A DNA stretch of 64,000 nucleotides from an uncultured Clostridia bacterium (lineage in GTDB: Bacteria > Bacillota > Clostridia > Christensenellales > UBA1242), in contig CANPWN010000004.1 of NCBI GenBank assembly GCA_947584415.1, positions 22,110-86,109 of the forward strand. The letters are read 5' to 3'. The notes under the pieces were generated by a model, which did no database searches, was not told the origin of the DNA, and saw only the letters and a program-made list of their open reading frames with translations. The translations under genes were made by a program, and so were the position numbers. Positions 48,516 through 58,143 of the stretch are shown piece by piece (position 1 is the first letter of the stretch; the number at the start of each line of letters is the position of its first letter).

Positions 48516-49013
48516 TTATTTTGCGACTTCATCAAAATCATTGATGGCATCTGAGTTAATATCTGTAAGCGGAGATTCAAAAGTCATTTTTTCGGTGTCC
48601 ACTTTCATTTGTCTGAGAAAATTTTGATAATTTCTTTTTTTGCCAGGGATTTGCGATTGCCTGCCGTCAATGTAAAAAAATGGAAAATCATAATAAAATC
48701 CTGGGCCTATGCAAGATTTGTTGTTTTCTATGTCAAGGAATTTGTAAACATCTTCTTGAAGTGGGCTTGCATCCTCAACATCTATTTCAAACAAAAGCAA
48801 ATCTTTGTAATATATTTCCATTCCCATCGTGCGACGGTCTTTTGGAATAGCGGCATATTGGGAGCACAAAAAATCTTCTGGATGTGATTCATTTTTTGGC
48901 ATGGATTCTTCGTCGTCATGTGGAAACCACGCTTTTATTAGCAAATCATTTTTGTCGTCTATTGAGAGTTTATTTGCGAGATGTTCGCAAAACTTATTTA
49001 AACTTATTTCCAT
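48516..49013 (-). CDS. Hypothetical protein (165 aa)
   Basis: An ORF with GGAGGA upstream. No family was recognised. Confidence 0.5.
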   Translation of the reverse strand: MEISLNKFCEHLANKLSIDDKNDLLIKAWFPHDDEESMPKNESHPEDFLCSQYAAIPKDRRTMGMEIYYKDLLLFEIDVEDASPLQEDVYKFLDIENNKSCIGPGFYYDFPFFYIDGRQSQIPGKKRNYQNFLRQMKVDTEKMTFESPLTDINSDAINDFDEVAK

Positions 49014-49113
49014 TTTTATCCTCCATAAGGGATTATATCATCGCAAATTGTTGTTGTCAATAGCTTTTTGAAATTTAAAACATAAGCCGCGTAGACAAAA
49101 AATAAAATACAAT

Positions 49114-49806
49114 ATGCATACGTTTTTTGTTTTAAATAAGAAAACAATTATAGCCATCATTTGTGGGTTGCTTATTTTGACAAGCGTAATCATTTATTTC
49201 ACAGCCATTCGGCCGGCATATCAGCCGAGACTCGAACATTGTATTGTCATTGACGCGGGGCACGGTGGGCGAGACGGGGGTGCGGTTGGCAGGCAGACGG
49301 GGGTAAGCGAGAGCGAGATAAACTTGAAATATGCGCTCTGTCTAAAAGAGGTGTGTGAGGGGCTAGGGATGAGGGTTGTTTTGACGAGAAAGGATGAAAA
49401 TGGACTTTATTCACCGTTTGCCACCAACTTTAAAAAATCTGATATGGAAAAACGCAGTCAAATCATATCTCAGAGTGGTGCGGACATGGTTGTCAGTTTG
49501 CACATGAACTCTTTTCCGCGCTTGTCATCACGCGGCGCGCAGGTTTTTTATGGGCTTGACAACATGGACGGGAAGGCGTTGGCGGAGGCTGTTCAAAAGC
49601 GACTTCATGATGGTGTTGAATATGCGAAAGCCACGCCCAAAGAAGGAGATTTTTACATTTTGAATTGCACAACAAAACCTGGCATATTGATTGAGGTTGG
49701 CTTTTTGTCCAACTCAGATGAGGAGGGTCTTTTGATAAGCCAGAACTACTGCGAAAAGGTTTGCCAGACAATTGCGGTTGGAATTTTGGAGTTTTATCAA
49801 ATGTAA
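49114..49806 (+). CDS. cwlD: N-acetylmuramoyl-L-alanine amidase, CwlD-like
   Basis: N-terminal TM. Amidase_3 signature VIDAGHGGRDGGAVG..SLHMNS. The size is typical of CwlD. Confidence 0.7.
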   Translation: MHTFFVLNKKTIIAIICGLLILTSVIIYFTAIRPAYQPRLEHCIVIDAGHGGRDGGAVGRQTGVSESEINLKYALCLKEVCEGLGMRVVLTRKDENGLYSPFATNFKKSDMEKRSQIISQSGADMVVSLHMNSFPRLSSRGAQVFYGLDNMDGKALAEAVQKRLHDGVEYAKATPKEGDFYILNCTTKPGILIEVGFLSNSDEEGLLISQNYCEKVCQTIAVGILEFYQM

Positions 49807-49856
49807 TTGTTTGGAATTTCCGCCAAATTGTGCTAATCTATCCCAAAGGAGAAATT

Positions 49857-50414
49857 ATGTTAATCATTGTATCAGGCCCTAGCGGTGCAGGGAAAAACAC
49901 AATAGTTGATGGACTGATGAAAAGACATAAAAAACTTCACTACATGAAAACTTGCACAACGCGGCCAGACAGAGGACTTAAAAGTGACCTAGCATATTAT
50001 CACATTTCAAAAGAAGAATTTGATTCGCTTGTCAAAGATGGCAAGATGTTTGAATATGAAAATGTGCATGCGGACATTTTTTATGGCACACCGTTTGCTT
50101 CGCTTGAAAAAGTGATTGAGGGCAAGTATGATTACATCAAAGATATTGATGTGCATGGGACAAAAAAGATTTTGGATTATTTGCAAGGCAAGGCCAAAGT
50201 GGTTTCAATTTTTGTTGACGCTCCCAATAGTGAACTTAAAAAGAGATTGACCGCTCGTGGTGAAAAGCCGGACATGATTGAAAAACGCCTGTCGCGTGCA
50301 GCCATGGAAAGGCGTTATAGAAAAAAATATGATTATTGCTTAATCAATGAGGATGTGGAAAGGTCGCTGGACGAAGTTGAAACATTTGTTGGCAAGAAAA
50401 ACTTTAAGGGCTGA
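49857..50414 (+). CDS. gmk: Guanylate kinase
   Basis: AAGGAG precedes ATG 49857. P-loop SGPSGAGKNT, TTRPDR, and YGTP. Confidence 0.8.
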   Translation: MLIIVSGPSGAGKNTIVDGLMKRHKKLHYMKTCTTRPDRGLKSDLAYYHISKEEFDSLVKDGKMFEYENVHADIFYGTPFASLEKVIEGKYDYIKDIDVHGTKKILDYLQGKAKVVSIFVDAPNSELKKRLTARGEKPDMIEKRLSRAAMERRYRKKYDYCLINEDVERSLDEVETFVGKKNFKG

Positions 50415-50503
50415 CAAAAATCGCTGAATATTGACAAAAAGGCTTTAAATAAAACTAACGCATATCACTGCAAAGACTTTAAACTGGTATAGGTGAGGCT
50501 AAA

Positions 50504-52795
50504 ATGAAAGTTTTTGGAAAACTATACTATGTTTTGCTTGCGGTGATTTTTTTAGGGTTGTTTTTTATTTTAGAAAATGCTGCAATTGTGTCGGTCATTT
50601 ATCCTTTTTCTTTTGCCATGCTCTTTGCACTTGTTTGGGCAAATCAAAAGTGGTATATTGTCTGCCCAATGCATTTTGCGGCGGCGGTTATTGTTGACCA
50701 CTCTTTGGCAGGCATAATTTCTGCGCTGGTGGTCAATGTGTGTTTGATTGTGCCATATCTTGCGCACTATTTTTCAAAGAAAAATATGAAGTGTTGGGAG
50801 ATGGCACTTTTTGCTGTTTTAAGCCAAATTGGAAAGATAGGCTTTGCGGCTGCGAGTGGTGGGAACGGCTTGTATTTTGCGCTTGCCAGTGCTTTGATTG
50901 GCGGCGTGCTTACGCTTGGGTTTATAAAACTTTTTGAGGCTATTTTTGTGCGCGGTTTTGCATATCACCTTTCAGCAACAGAACTTATTGCAGGGGGAAT
51001 TTTGCTGGTGGGCATTGCATCAGGTTTAACGCCGCTTGGAATTGGCAACTTTTCTTTTTTAAAATTGATTGCCTCATTTTTGCTTTTAGCAATCACATAT
51101 TGCACAAAAAATTATTACTCAGTGTTTGTTGCGGCAATCTTTGGCTTAGGTTCGCTTTTGCATGGCTTAAACCCTGTCTATTTCGCACCAATACTTTTGT
51201 GGTCTTTGGCAATCTCTCCTTTTAAATCTTACAGAAAATATTTCTCTGCTGTAGCTCTTGTTTTATCTGAACTTTTGATTGGTTTTTATTTCAAACTTTA
51301 TTATTCTTTCACATGGATTTCAATTTTGCCCACCATTATCAGTGCAGCAGTTTTTGTGGTTATTCCAGACAAATTATATGCGTCAGTCAAGTCCATATTT
51401 GACCTTAAAAGCGACAGGGCAGCAATCAAAAATGTTGTCAACCAAAACAGAGAAACTCTGCACAGGCGACTTTTAACTTTATCTGATGTTTTTGGTGAAA
51501 TGAACACGGTTTTTCGCGGACTTGTCAAAAACAATCTTTCAGAGGAGGAGGTTAGAAAACTTTTGCGGGATGAAATCATATCTCGCAACTGTGAAAGTTG
51601 CCCAAACAGAGCAAGATGTCACCGCACAAGACAGGCTGACACTTTGAAGGTTTTGGATGAAGTTGTTGCCATTGCCTTTGAAAAAGGAAAGGTCACGCTT
51701 TTAGATATGCCGACTTATCTTTCATCAAATTGCGAAAGGCTCAATGGCATAATTGCCTCGGTGGCGACACTTACGCGGCAATATAAATCTTATAGCAACA
51801 TGCTTTCAAATATTGACATGTCAAAACTTTTGATAGCCGACCAACTCAAAGGCATTTCGTCTGTCATGAAGTCGCTTTCAAAGGATGTTGACACAGAAAT
51901 TGCTTTTGATGGCAAGCGTGAGCAAAAGATTGTTGATGAACTTATGTTCAATGACATTGTTTGCATAGACGCTGTTGTTTATGAAAAAAACACTCATGCA
52001 ATAGAGGTTGTTTTGGTTGTGCGCTCCGCTGATGCTGAACAGATTAAAATACCAAATATTGTTGGAAAAATTTGCAAATGTAAAATGACAGCCTGCGACA
52101 AATTTGCCTCTTCAAAGCCGGGCTATGTGACAATGGTTTTAAAAACTTCTCCAAAATTTGATTGCGCTTTGGCAATAGCGTCTGCGACTAAAAGCGGCAG
52201 CAATATGAGTGGTGATGCTCACTCTGCTATGAGGCTTGATGGCGACAGATTTATGTTTGCCTTATGTGATGGGATGGGCAGCGGAACAAATGCTGAAAAG
52301 ACAAGCGAAACCGCAATGAGTTTGATAGAAAATTTTTATAAGGCGGGTTTTGACAGCGACATTGTGCTTTCGTCTGTTAACAAACTTTTGACTCTGCAAA
52401 AGGAGGAAAGATTTTCCGCGCTTGATGTTTGTGTTTTGGACTTAAAAAGCGGGCTTGGAGATTTTATTAAAATGGGGTCGCCTTGCAGTTTTGTGCTTAG
52501 CAAAAATCAGTGCAGCAAAGTTGACAGCGGGGCTCTTCCTCTTGGTATTGTGGACAGCGTCAGCCCTGTCACAAAAAAGAAGGTGATTGATGAAGGCGAC
52601 CTTATTCTTATGTTCACTGACGGCATTTCGGATGCCTTTGCGACAGATGGAGATATTGAAGATTTTATAAAGGAGTCATATTCGCTTAACCCTCAAAATG
52701 TTGCTGACAAACTTTTGCAACAAGCACTTTCAAACTCAAATGGGAAAGCAATGGATGACATGACCGTGCTTGCAATCAAAGTTTTTAACAACTAA
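50504..52795 (+). CDS. spoIIE: Stage II sporulation protein E (PP2C phosphatase)
   Basis: About 10 N-terminal TMs, a central regulatory region, and a C-terminal PP2C domain (GDAHS..FALCDGMGSG..DDMTVLAIKV). Confidence 0.85.
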   Translation: MKVFGKLYYVLLAVIFLGLFFILENAAIVSVIYPFSFAMLFALVWANQKWYIVCPMHFAAAVIVDHSLAGIISALVVNVCLIVPYLAHYFSKKNMKCWEMALFAVLSQIGKIGFAAASGGNGLYFALASALIGGVLTLGFIKLFEAIFVRGFAYHLSATELIAGGILLVGIASGLTPLGIGNFSFLKLIASFLLLAITYCTKNYYSVFVAAIFGLGSLLHGLNPVYFAPILLWSLAISPFKSYRKYFSAVALVLSELLIGFYFKLYYSFTWISILPTIISAAVFVVIPDKLYASVKSIFDLKSDRAAIKNVVNQNRETLHRRLLTLSDVFGEMNTVFRGLVKNNLSEEEVRKLLRDEIISRNCESCPNRARCHRTRQADTLKVLDEVVAIAFEKGKVTLLDMPTYLSSNCERLNGIIASVATLTRQYKSYSNMLSNIDMSKLLIADQLKGISSVMKSLSKDVDTEIAFDGKREQKIVDELMFNDIVCIDAVVYEKNTHAIEVVLVVRSADAEQIKIPNIVGKICKCKMTACDKFASSKPGYVTMVLKTSPKFDCALAIASATKSGSNMSGDAHSAMRLDGDRFMFALCDGMGSGTNAEKTSETAMSLIENFYKAGFDSDIVLSSVNKLLTLQKEERFSALDVCVLDLKSGLGDFIKMGSPCSFVLSKNQCSKVDSGALPLGIVDSVSPVTKKKVIDEGDLILMFTDGISDAFATDGDIEDFIKESYSLNPQNVADKLLQQALSNSNGKAMDDMTVLAIKVFNN

Positions 52796-52858
52796 TTTTC
52801 AAAAACCATTGATTTTATGCCAAAAAGGGTGTATAATTTAGTTCCTGAGGACTAAATT

Positions 52859-54187
52859 ATGCAAAATGTTTTAGAATTTATCAAACAAAACTCTTTGATT
52901 AAACCGGGTGAAAGAATTGGTGTTGGTGTGAGCGGCGGAAGTGACTCCATGGCGCTTGTGCATTATCTCAACTCAATCAAGCATGAACTTGATATTGAAG
53001 TCATTGCAATTTGCGTTGACCATGGCATCCGTGAGGAGTCAAGAGATGAAGCAAATTTTGTTATAGAAAAATGCAAAGAGATGGGTGTGCGCGCTTACAA
53101 GTTCCGAGTTGACTCTCCAAAAATTGCCAAAGAGAAAAACATAAGTTTGGAAACTGCGGCTCGTGATGCAAGATATGGCGTTTTTAACTCGCTTATCAAA
53201 AAAGATGTCGTTGACAAAATTGCGCTGGCGCATCATTTGAGCGACCAAGCGGAAACAATTTTAATGCACATCTTCCGTGGCAGTGGCGTGGCTGGAGCAA
53301 GAGGTATGACTCCTATGCGTGATGGAATTTACATCAGACCACTTTTAAACACCTCTAAGGAAGAAATTTTAGACTACATTTCACTAAACAATTTGGATTA
53401 TATAAATGATTCTTCAAACGCTGACAACGGCTATTCGCGTAATTTTTTGCGCAATGTCATCCTTCCTCAAATTGAAACAAAATGGCCAGGCGTTGTGCGA
53501 AACATAACAAACTTTGGCTTGGCTGTTTGCGAAGATGATGATTATATAAATTCACATCTTTCTGACTACGCGGTCATTTATGAAGAAAAAGAAGCCAAAA
53601 TTCCGCTTTCTTATTTTGTTTACAGCAAACCAATAATCGCAAGAATAATAATCAAAGTGTTGAAAAGCATTGGCGTTAAATATGATTTTGAAAAAAAGCA
53701 TATTGAAATGATTATGGCGCTTGCAAATGAACTTGGAACGGGGAAGAAGGTTTCACTTCCATTTGATGTTGTGGCAATAAAGGAATATGATTACATCACT
53801 TTGACAAACAAGAAAAAAGAACCAGTGACTTTCAATTGCGAATTTAAGAGCGGCGAATTTGAAGTTCCTGGTGGTGGCAAAATGCTGGTGAAAAGAGTTA
53901 AAGATTTTTCAATGCGTGAAAACACTGTTTTGTTTGATTTTAGAAAAGTGCCAAAGGGTGCGGCTTGGAGATTTAGGCAGGAAGGAGATGTGTTCACCAA
54001 ATTTGGCGGAGGAACAAAAAAACTTAAGTCCTTTATGATAGACAAAAAAATTCCTCAGCGCAAACGCGACCTTATTCCTGTGCTTGCCTTAGGAAATGAG
54101 GTTTATGTGATTGCCGGAGTTGAGGTTTCAGACAAAGTTAAAATAGAGGATGTGCCAACGGCATGCAGCGTTGAATACAAATTTTAA
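52859..54187 (+). CDS. tilS: tRNA(Ile)-lysidine synthase
   Basis: PP-loop GVSGGSDSMAL. Promoter TTGATT..TGTATAAT lies upstream. Synteny after spoIIE supports the call. Confidence 0.85.
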   Translation: MQNVLEFIKQNSLIKPGERIGVGVSGGSDSMALVHYLNSIKHELDIEVIAICVDHGIREESRDEANFVIEKCKEMGVRAYKFRVDSPKIAKEKNISLETAARDARYGVFNSLIKKDVVDKIALAHHLSDQAETILMHIFRGSGVAGARGMTPMRDGIYIRPLLNTSKEEILDYISLNNLDYINDSSNADNGYSRNFLRNVILPQIETKWPGVVRNITNFGLAVCEDDDYINSHLSDYAVIYEEKEAKIPLSYFVYSKPIIARIIIKVLKSIGVKYDFEKKHIEMIMALANELGTGKKVSLPFDVVAIKEYDYITLTNKKKEPVTFNCEFKSGEFEVPGGGKMLVKRVKDFSMRENTVLFDFRKVPKGAAWRFRQEGDVFTKFGGGTKKLKSFMIDKKIPQRKRDLIPVLALGNEVYVIAGVEVSDKVKIEDVPTACSVEYKF

Positions 54188-54208
54188 AGGCTAATGTTTG
54201 TTAGCCTT

Positions 54209-54412
54209 TTATTTTTCGCCAAACTCTTTGCCGTTGATGAGATAATCAATGGAAACATTGAAAAATCTGCTCATTGCACGCAGCGTTTCAAAACTAGGCT
54301 CTCTTTTGTCATTTTCATAAAATGACAAAGCCTCTCGCGATATATTAAGTTTTGTCGCAACATACTGCTGATTTAGGCCTTTTGCCTTTCTTATTTTTCT
54401 TAAACCCTTCAT
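54209..54412 (-). CDS. XRE-family HTH transcriptional regulator (67 aa)
   Basis: LRKIRKAKGLNQQYVATKLNISREALSFYENDKREPSFETL. Confidence 0.75.
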   Translation of the reverse strand: MKGLRKIRKAKGLNQQYVATKLNISREALSFYENDKREPSFETLRAMSRFFNVSIDYLINGKEFGEK

Positions 54413-54510
54413 AATTTGTCGAATTTAGTCCTTTTATGTCTAACTCTTGACTTTATGTTAACATTTTGTTAATATCATATTTGTAACAATTTGTTGCATT
54501 GGGGTAAAAA

Positions 54511-54771
54511 ATGAGTAAAATTGAGGAAGAATTGAAGCTTTTAGACAAAAACCGTCTAGGATACAAGATGTTAAAAGACACAATTTTTATTATGTTTCGT
54601 TGCAATTGTAACGCTGCTTTGTATAAAGATGTTTTCCCACAAGTTGGAAAAAAATACAACAAAAGTGCAGAAAGCGTTGAGAGGGATATTCGCTATTTGC
54701 TAAAAAAGGCAGGGAGCTTGCTCAGTGTAAAAAAATTTATAAAAAATGTTGTCGACAAAATGTATAGTTGA
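54511..54771 (+). CDS. Stand-alone Spo0A C-terminal-domain-like DNA-binding protein (86 aa)
   Basis: LGYKMLKDTIF..YKDVFPQVGKKYNKSAESVERDIRYLLKKA parallels the Spo0A effector segment GYxxLxxAI..LYPxIAxxFxTxxSxVERxIRHAI. Confidence 0.55.
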   Translation: MSKIEEELKLLDKNRLGYKMLKDTIFIMFRCNCNAALYKDVFPQVGKKYNKSAESVERDIRYLLKKAGSLLSVKKFIKNVVDKMYS

Positions 54772-54860
54772 TTTAACGCTCAATATTGAGCGTTTTATTT
54801 TTTAAAAAATGCTTGATTTAAGTTAAACAAATGTGTATAATGGTCTATGTGACAAAAAAT

Positions 54861-54949
54861 GGAGGATTGGCTGAGTGGTTTAAAGCGGCGGTCTTGAAAA
54901 CCGTTGACGTTAACAGCGTCCGCAGGTTCGAATCCTGTGTCCTCCGCCA
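54861..54949 (+). tRNA. tRNA-Ser (TGA)
   Basis: Long variable arm, anticodon loop CT-TGA-AA, and CCA encoded. Promoter TTGATT..TGTGTATAAT lies upstream and a terminator follows. Confidence 0.92.
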
Positions 54950-55039
54950 AATGAAACTGATAAGAACACCTTATCAGTTTTTTATAAAAACATGATACAA
55001 AGCAAATTGTTTTGTAATATAACCTTTTTAGGAGTCAAT

Positions 55040-55423
55040 ATGAAACATTTGGCGGTTGTTAGGCAACCTTTTTATGATTTAATTGTAAACGGAACAAAAA
55101 CAATTGAAAGTCGTTGGAGTTTAAACAGGTGTGCTCCGTATCAAAAAATTCAAATAGGTGACACAATATTTTTTAAATTACCAGGCAAACCAGCAACCGC
55201 AACTGCGCAGGTTAAGGATGTGAAGTTTTTTGATTTAACTCCGCAGATTGCAGACAACATCAAAAACAAATACGGCAAAGAGATTGGAATAGACAAATTT
55301 CAAAATTGGGAGTTATACCGTAATAAAAAATTTTTGACTTTAATATGGCTTGACAATGTAAAAAATATAAAGCCGCTTCCTTTTGATAAAAAAGGACGCG
55401 CCGGCTGGGTTGTTTTAAAATGA
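55040..55423 (+). CDS. ASCH-domain protein
   Basis: AGGAG precedes ATG 55040. The N-terminus (PFYDLIVNGTKTIESRW) is ASCH-like. Confidence 0.55.
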   Translation: MKHLAVVRQPFYDLIVNGTKTIESRWSLNRCAPYQKIQIGDTIFFKLPGKPATATAQVKDVKFFDLTPQIADNIKNKYGKEIGIDKFQNWELYRNKKFLTLIWLDNVKNIKPLPFDKKGRAGWVVLK

Positions 55424-55488
55424 TTTATGAAGTGTTTAAATATTTCGTATAAGCTCACACTTAATCTATAAAAAGATAAACTCGCGCT

Positions 55489-56427
55489 CTAAATGTGGGC
55501 GTGAATTTTTTTGAGGAGATATGTTTGGGCAGCGTTTAAATTTTGTTGTGCTACGGTTACGGACAGGGTGTGTTTTGTGAGATTTATGCTTTCGAAAATC
55601 TCCTTTTGCGTTAGGTCCGCCAATATGCTTGCAAGGTCAATTGCGTGACAATCAAAAACAAGGTCAAGTTGGCACAAATTTTCTTTGACATTGAGTGCGG
55701 AAACAGGTTTTGGAACTGCTGAAAGAAAAGTCCCTGTTTTTTCTGGTGTGGCACTTGCTTTGCACTCAAGTGGCACATTTTTTTGTTTTGCAAGAAGAGC
55801 CGCATCAGCACTTAACACTTTTGCGCCAGACTGAGAAAGCTTAATCATTGTGTCGAAAGAAATTTCATCAATTTTTTCACCATTAAATTTGCGTGGGTCG
55901 GCTGTGTAAATTCCGTCAAAGTCAGAATAAATTTCCACCTTACAATCAAATATAGCCCCCAAAGCGACAGCGGTGGTGTCAGAGCCGCCACGCCCCAAGG
56001 TTGTTATTTCGCCTTTTTCATTGACACCCTGAAAACCTGCGACAATTGGCACTTTGCCTTCTTTTATGCTCTCTTCCAAGACTTGCTTAGCAATCCCGAC
56101 AATGTGGCTGCATCCTGCTTTGCCTTCGGTGAGTATGGGAAGTTGCCAGCCAGCAAAACTTTGCGCGCTAACGCCCTCTTGTTGAAGTGCTAAAGCAAAG
56201 AGAGATGCGCTTTGCTGTTCGCCTGTTGAAATTAAAGCGTCAACCTCTCTGCTGCTTGTTGAAGAAAAATGACCAGCCATATCAAGAAGTTCATTTGTTG
56301 TGTCGCCCATAGCTGAAACAACAACAATTATTTGCTCTTTATCAATGCGGGAACAAACATATTTTGCCAGGCTTTTTATTTTTTCAAAAGTTGACAAACT
56401 TTTCCCGCCGAACTTAAAAACAACCAT
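55489..56427 (-). CDS. Aspartate kinase, short form (312 aa)
   Basis: VVFKFGGKSL, VVVSAMGDTTNELL, and LGRGGSDTTAVAL. The C-terminal regulatory region has only about one ACT-sized domain. Confidence 0.8.
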   Translation of the reverse strand: MVVFKFGGKSLSTFEKIKSLAKYVCSRIDKEQIIVVVSAMGDTTNELLDMAGHFSSTSSREVDALISTGEQQSASLFALALQQEGVSAQSFAGWQLPILTEGKAGCSHIVGIAKQVLEESIKEGKVPIVAGFQGVNEKGEITTLGRGGSDTTAVALGAIFDCKVEIYSDFDGIYTADPRKFNGEKIDEISFDTMIKLSQSGAKVLSADAALLAKQKNVPLECKASATPEKTGTFLSAVPKPVSALNVKENLCQLDLVFDCHAIDLASILADLTQKEIFESINLTKHTLSVTVAQQNLNAAQTYLLKKIHAHI

Positions 56428-56490
56428 ATTTTTTCCTTTATATATAAAAAAATATATGCAAACCGCATATATTTTGTTGATATTTTGCAT

Positions 56491-57315
56491 TTAAACGCTT
56501 AAGTTTGTGTTTTTTGAAACTTCAACGGCTTCAAGTGTTGCTTCGTCAATTTGGTCTTGTTGCGCCTGAAGTTGCTTTTCAAGAAAGAAATCAGCAAGTT
56601 GAGTTGCATCTCTGTTCAAAATTGCTTCTTTTAAAGAACCTAAATAAGCCTCGCTTTCTTCCTGAGTTTTGCAGAGCGTGATAGGGCTTAAACCCATAAG
56701 TTTAAATCCAGCGTTTGTCACCAGAAATGCCATGCGTTTGTTTGCACACATAAAAGGTTGAATTCTCACAATCTGTGCGTGCAGTTTTGCTATGTTTGAT
56801 ATGTCCTTTTCTGTATCTCCCGAAATAAATCCATATTGCATGAAAGCGTAAGCCATTTCAGAGGCAACTTTTGACCCAGAAACTGCGTCAAAATATGGCG
56901 TTTGGATAAGACCGCTGTAACGACTTCGGAAACAACCTTTATCTATTGCTGGGATATCCTCATCTCTTCCAACCAAAGTGCGGTGGATAGGTGGCAACAT
57001 GTCGGGATAAATGAAAGGCTCTTTTTCAAGCATTGCAAAAAGTTGCTCTTGGGCTGAAACATAGTCAGAAACAACGCCAAGATATTCTTTCGTTTCAGAT
57101 TGAGAATATGGCGGCATTTTTTGTCGTTCAGACCAACTGTCCAAAGCCACCGAGTTAATTCCGCTCAAAATCATATTGCGTTTTTCAACATCAGTTTTAA
57201 GTCCTTTCAGTGAGTCAACAAGGGTTTTGTTCTCCTGCATCAATTTAATTTTTTCAGTCAAGCTTTCTCCGTTGACAACAAATTCTGTTTCTTTGTCTGG
57301 TGTTAACCACTCCAT
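56491..57315 (-). CDS. Fic-domain protein with degenerate active-site motif
   Basis: HAQIVRIQPFMCANKRMAFLV aligns to the Fic motif HxFx(D/E)GNGRxxR, but it has Q in place of the catalytic H and ANKR in place of GNGR. Confidence 0.5.
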   Translation of the reverse strand: MEWLTPDKETEFVVNGESLTEKIKLMQENKTLVDSLKGLKTDVEKRNMILSGINSVALDSWSERQKMPPYSQSETKEYLGVVSDYVSAQEQLFAMLEKEPFIYPDMLPPIHRTLVGRDEDIPAIDKGCFRSRYSGLIQTPYFDAVSGSKVASEMAYAFMQYGFISGDTEKDISNIAKLHAQIVRIQPFMCANKRMAFLVTNAGFKLMGLSPITLCKTQEESEAYLGSLKEAILNRDATQLADFFLEKQLQAQQDQIDEATLEAVEVSKNTNLSV

Positions 57316-57418
57316 ATCTTTTCTCCTATTTTAATTTTATAACAATTTGAAGATTATGTCAATATTAAATTGATTTGATAAAACCATTTGTGTTATTATT
57401 TTAATAATAGGGGTGAGC

Positions 57419-57889
57419 ATGAAGGAATATGAGCGTTCATTTAAGGCGGAGGATGTTGGACCTTATATTGATTATTGCCGAAATCATGGCTATAAAGAAG
57501 TGAAGGTCGTTGAGCAAAACAGAGTGGTCTATCAAAACAAATTGATGGAGCATGTTATTGCGCGCATAACAACTGACTTGTCTGGTGGCAAAAAGAAAAT
57601 AATTTTTGATGCAAAGAACATCAACAACAAAAGCATAAGTTTGAAAGTTTCCGAAGAATCTGAACCGGTGGAAATAACCGAGCAAATGCTAAGTAGCATT
57701 AACTCTTTGCTTAAAGTTATGAATTTTTATGTTTCCGCCGACAACCTTAGGACAAGATATGTTTATGAGCGTGGAAAAGTCAAATTTGAAATTGATAAAT
57801 ACACCCGCCCAGAGATGAACATTATTGCAATTGAGGGTGATGAAGAAGAGGTTGAAAAGGTTTTTCGTGAACTTTTAATCAAAAGATGA
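57419..57889 (+). CDS. CYTH-like domain protein
   Basis: The N-terminal EYERSFK resembles the CYTH ExExK start. It is about 156 aa with an acidic C-terminal strand. Confidence 0.45.
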   Translation: MKEYERSFKAEDVGPYIDYCRNHGYKEVKVVEQNRVVYQNKLMEHVIARITTDLSGGKKKIIFDAKNINNKSISLKVSEESEPVEITEQMLSSINSLLKVMNFYVSADNLRTRYVYERGKVKFEIDKYTRPEMNIIAIEGDEEEVEKVFRELLIKR

Positions 57890-58055
57890 CCACAAAATGT
57901 GGCCATTTTTTTTGCCATAAAAACAAGTTTTTAAAAAAATTTTGACAAAAAAACAAAAAATTTTAAAGCCAAAATTGGACAGGTTATTTATCAAAATAGA
58001 ACTTATATGTCCGCATTTCCTCGCAATTCTCAAATAGTTAAAAATTTGCTAAAAA

Positions 58056-58071
58056 ACACAATATATATTAT
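58056..58071. promoter_or_regulatory. NrdR box 1 (weaker)
   Basis: ACACAATATATATTAT compared with consensus acaCwAtATaTwGtgt. It starts 32 bp upstream of box 2. Confidence 0.5.
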
Positions 58072-58087
58072 TTTTGTAAATTGCTTG

Positions 58088-58103
58088 ACACAATATGTTG
58101 TGT
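58088..58103. promoter_or_regulatory. NrdR box 2
   Basis: ACACAATATGTTGTGT is a near-perfect palindrome overlapping TTGACA at 58085-58090. Confidence 0.65.
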
Positions 58104-58143
58104 TGTGCTAGATTTAAGATAGCGTAAAGCATAAGGAGGAGAT

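Noticed and set aside
44681-49013. Prophage interpretation of the region around the tail-fibre-like gene.
   Set aside because: There are no capsid, portal, terminase, tape-measure, holin/endolysin or integrase genes and no att-like repeats. Only the fibre-like protein itself is phage-reminiscent.
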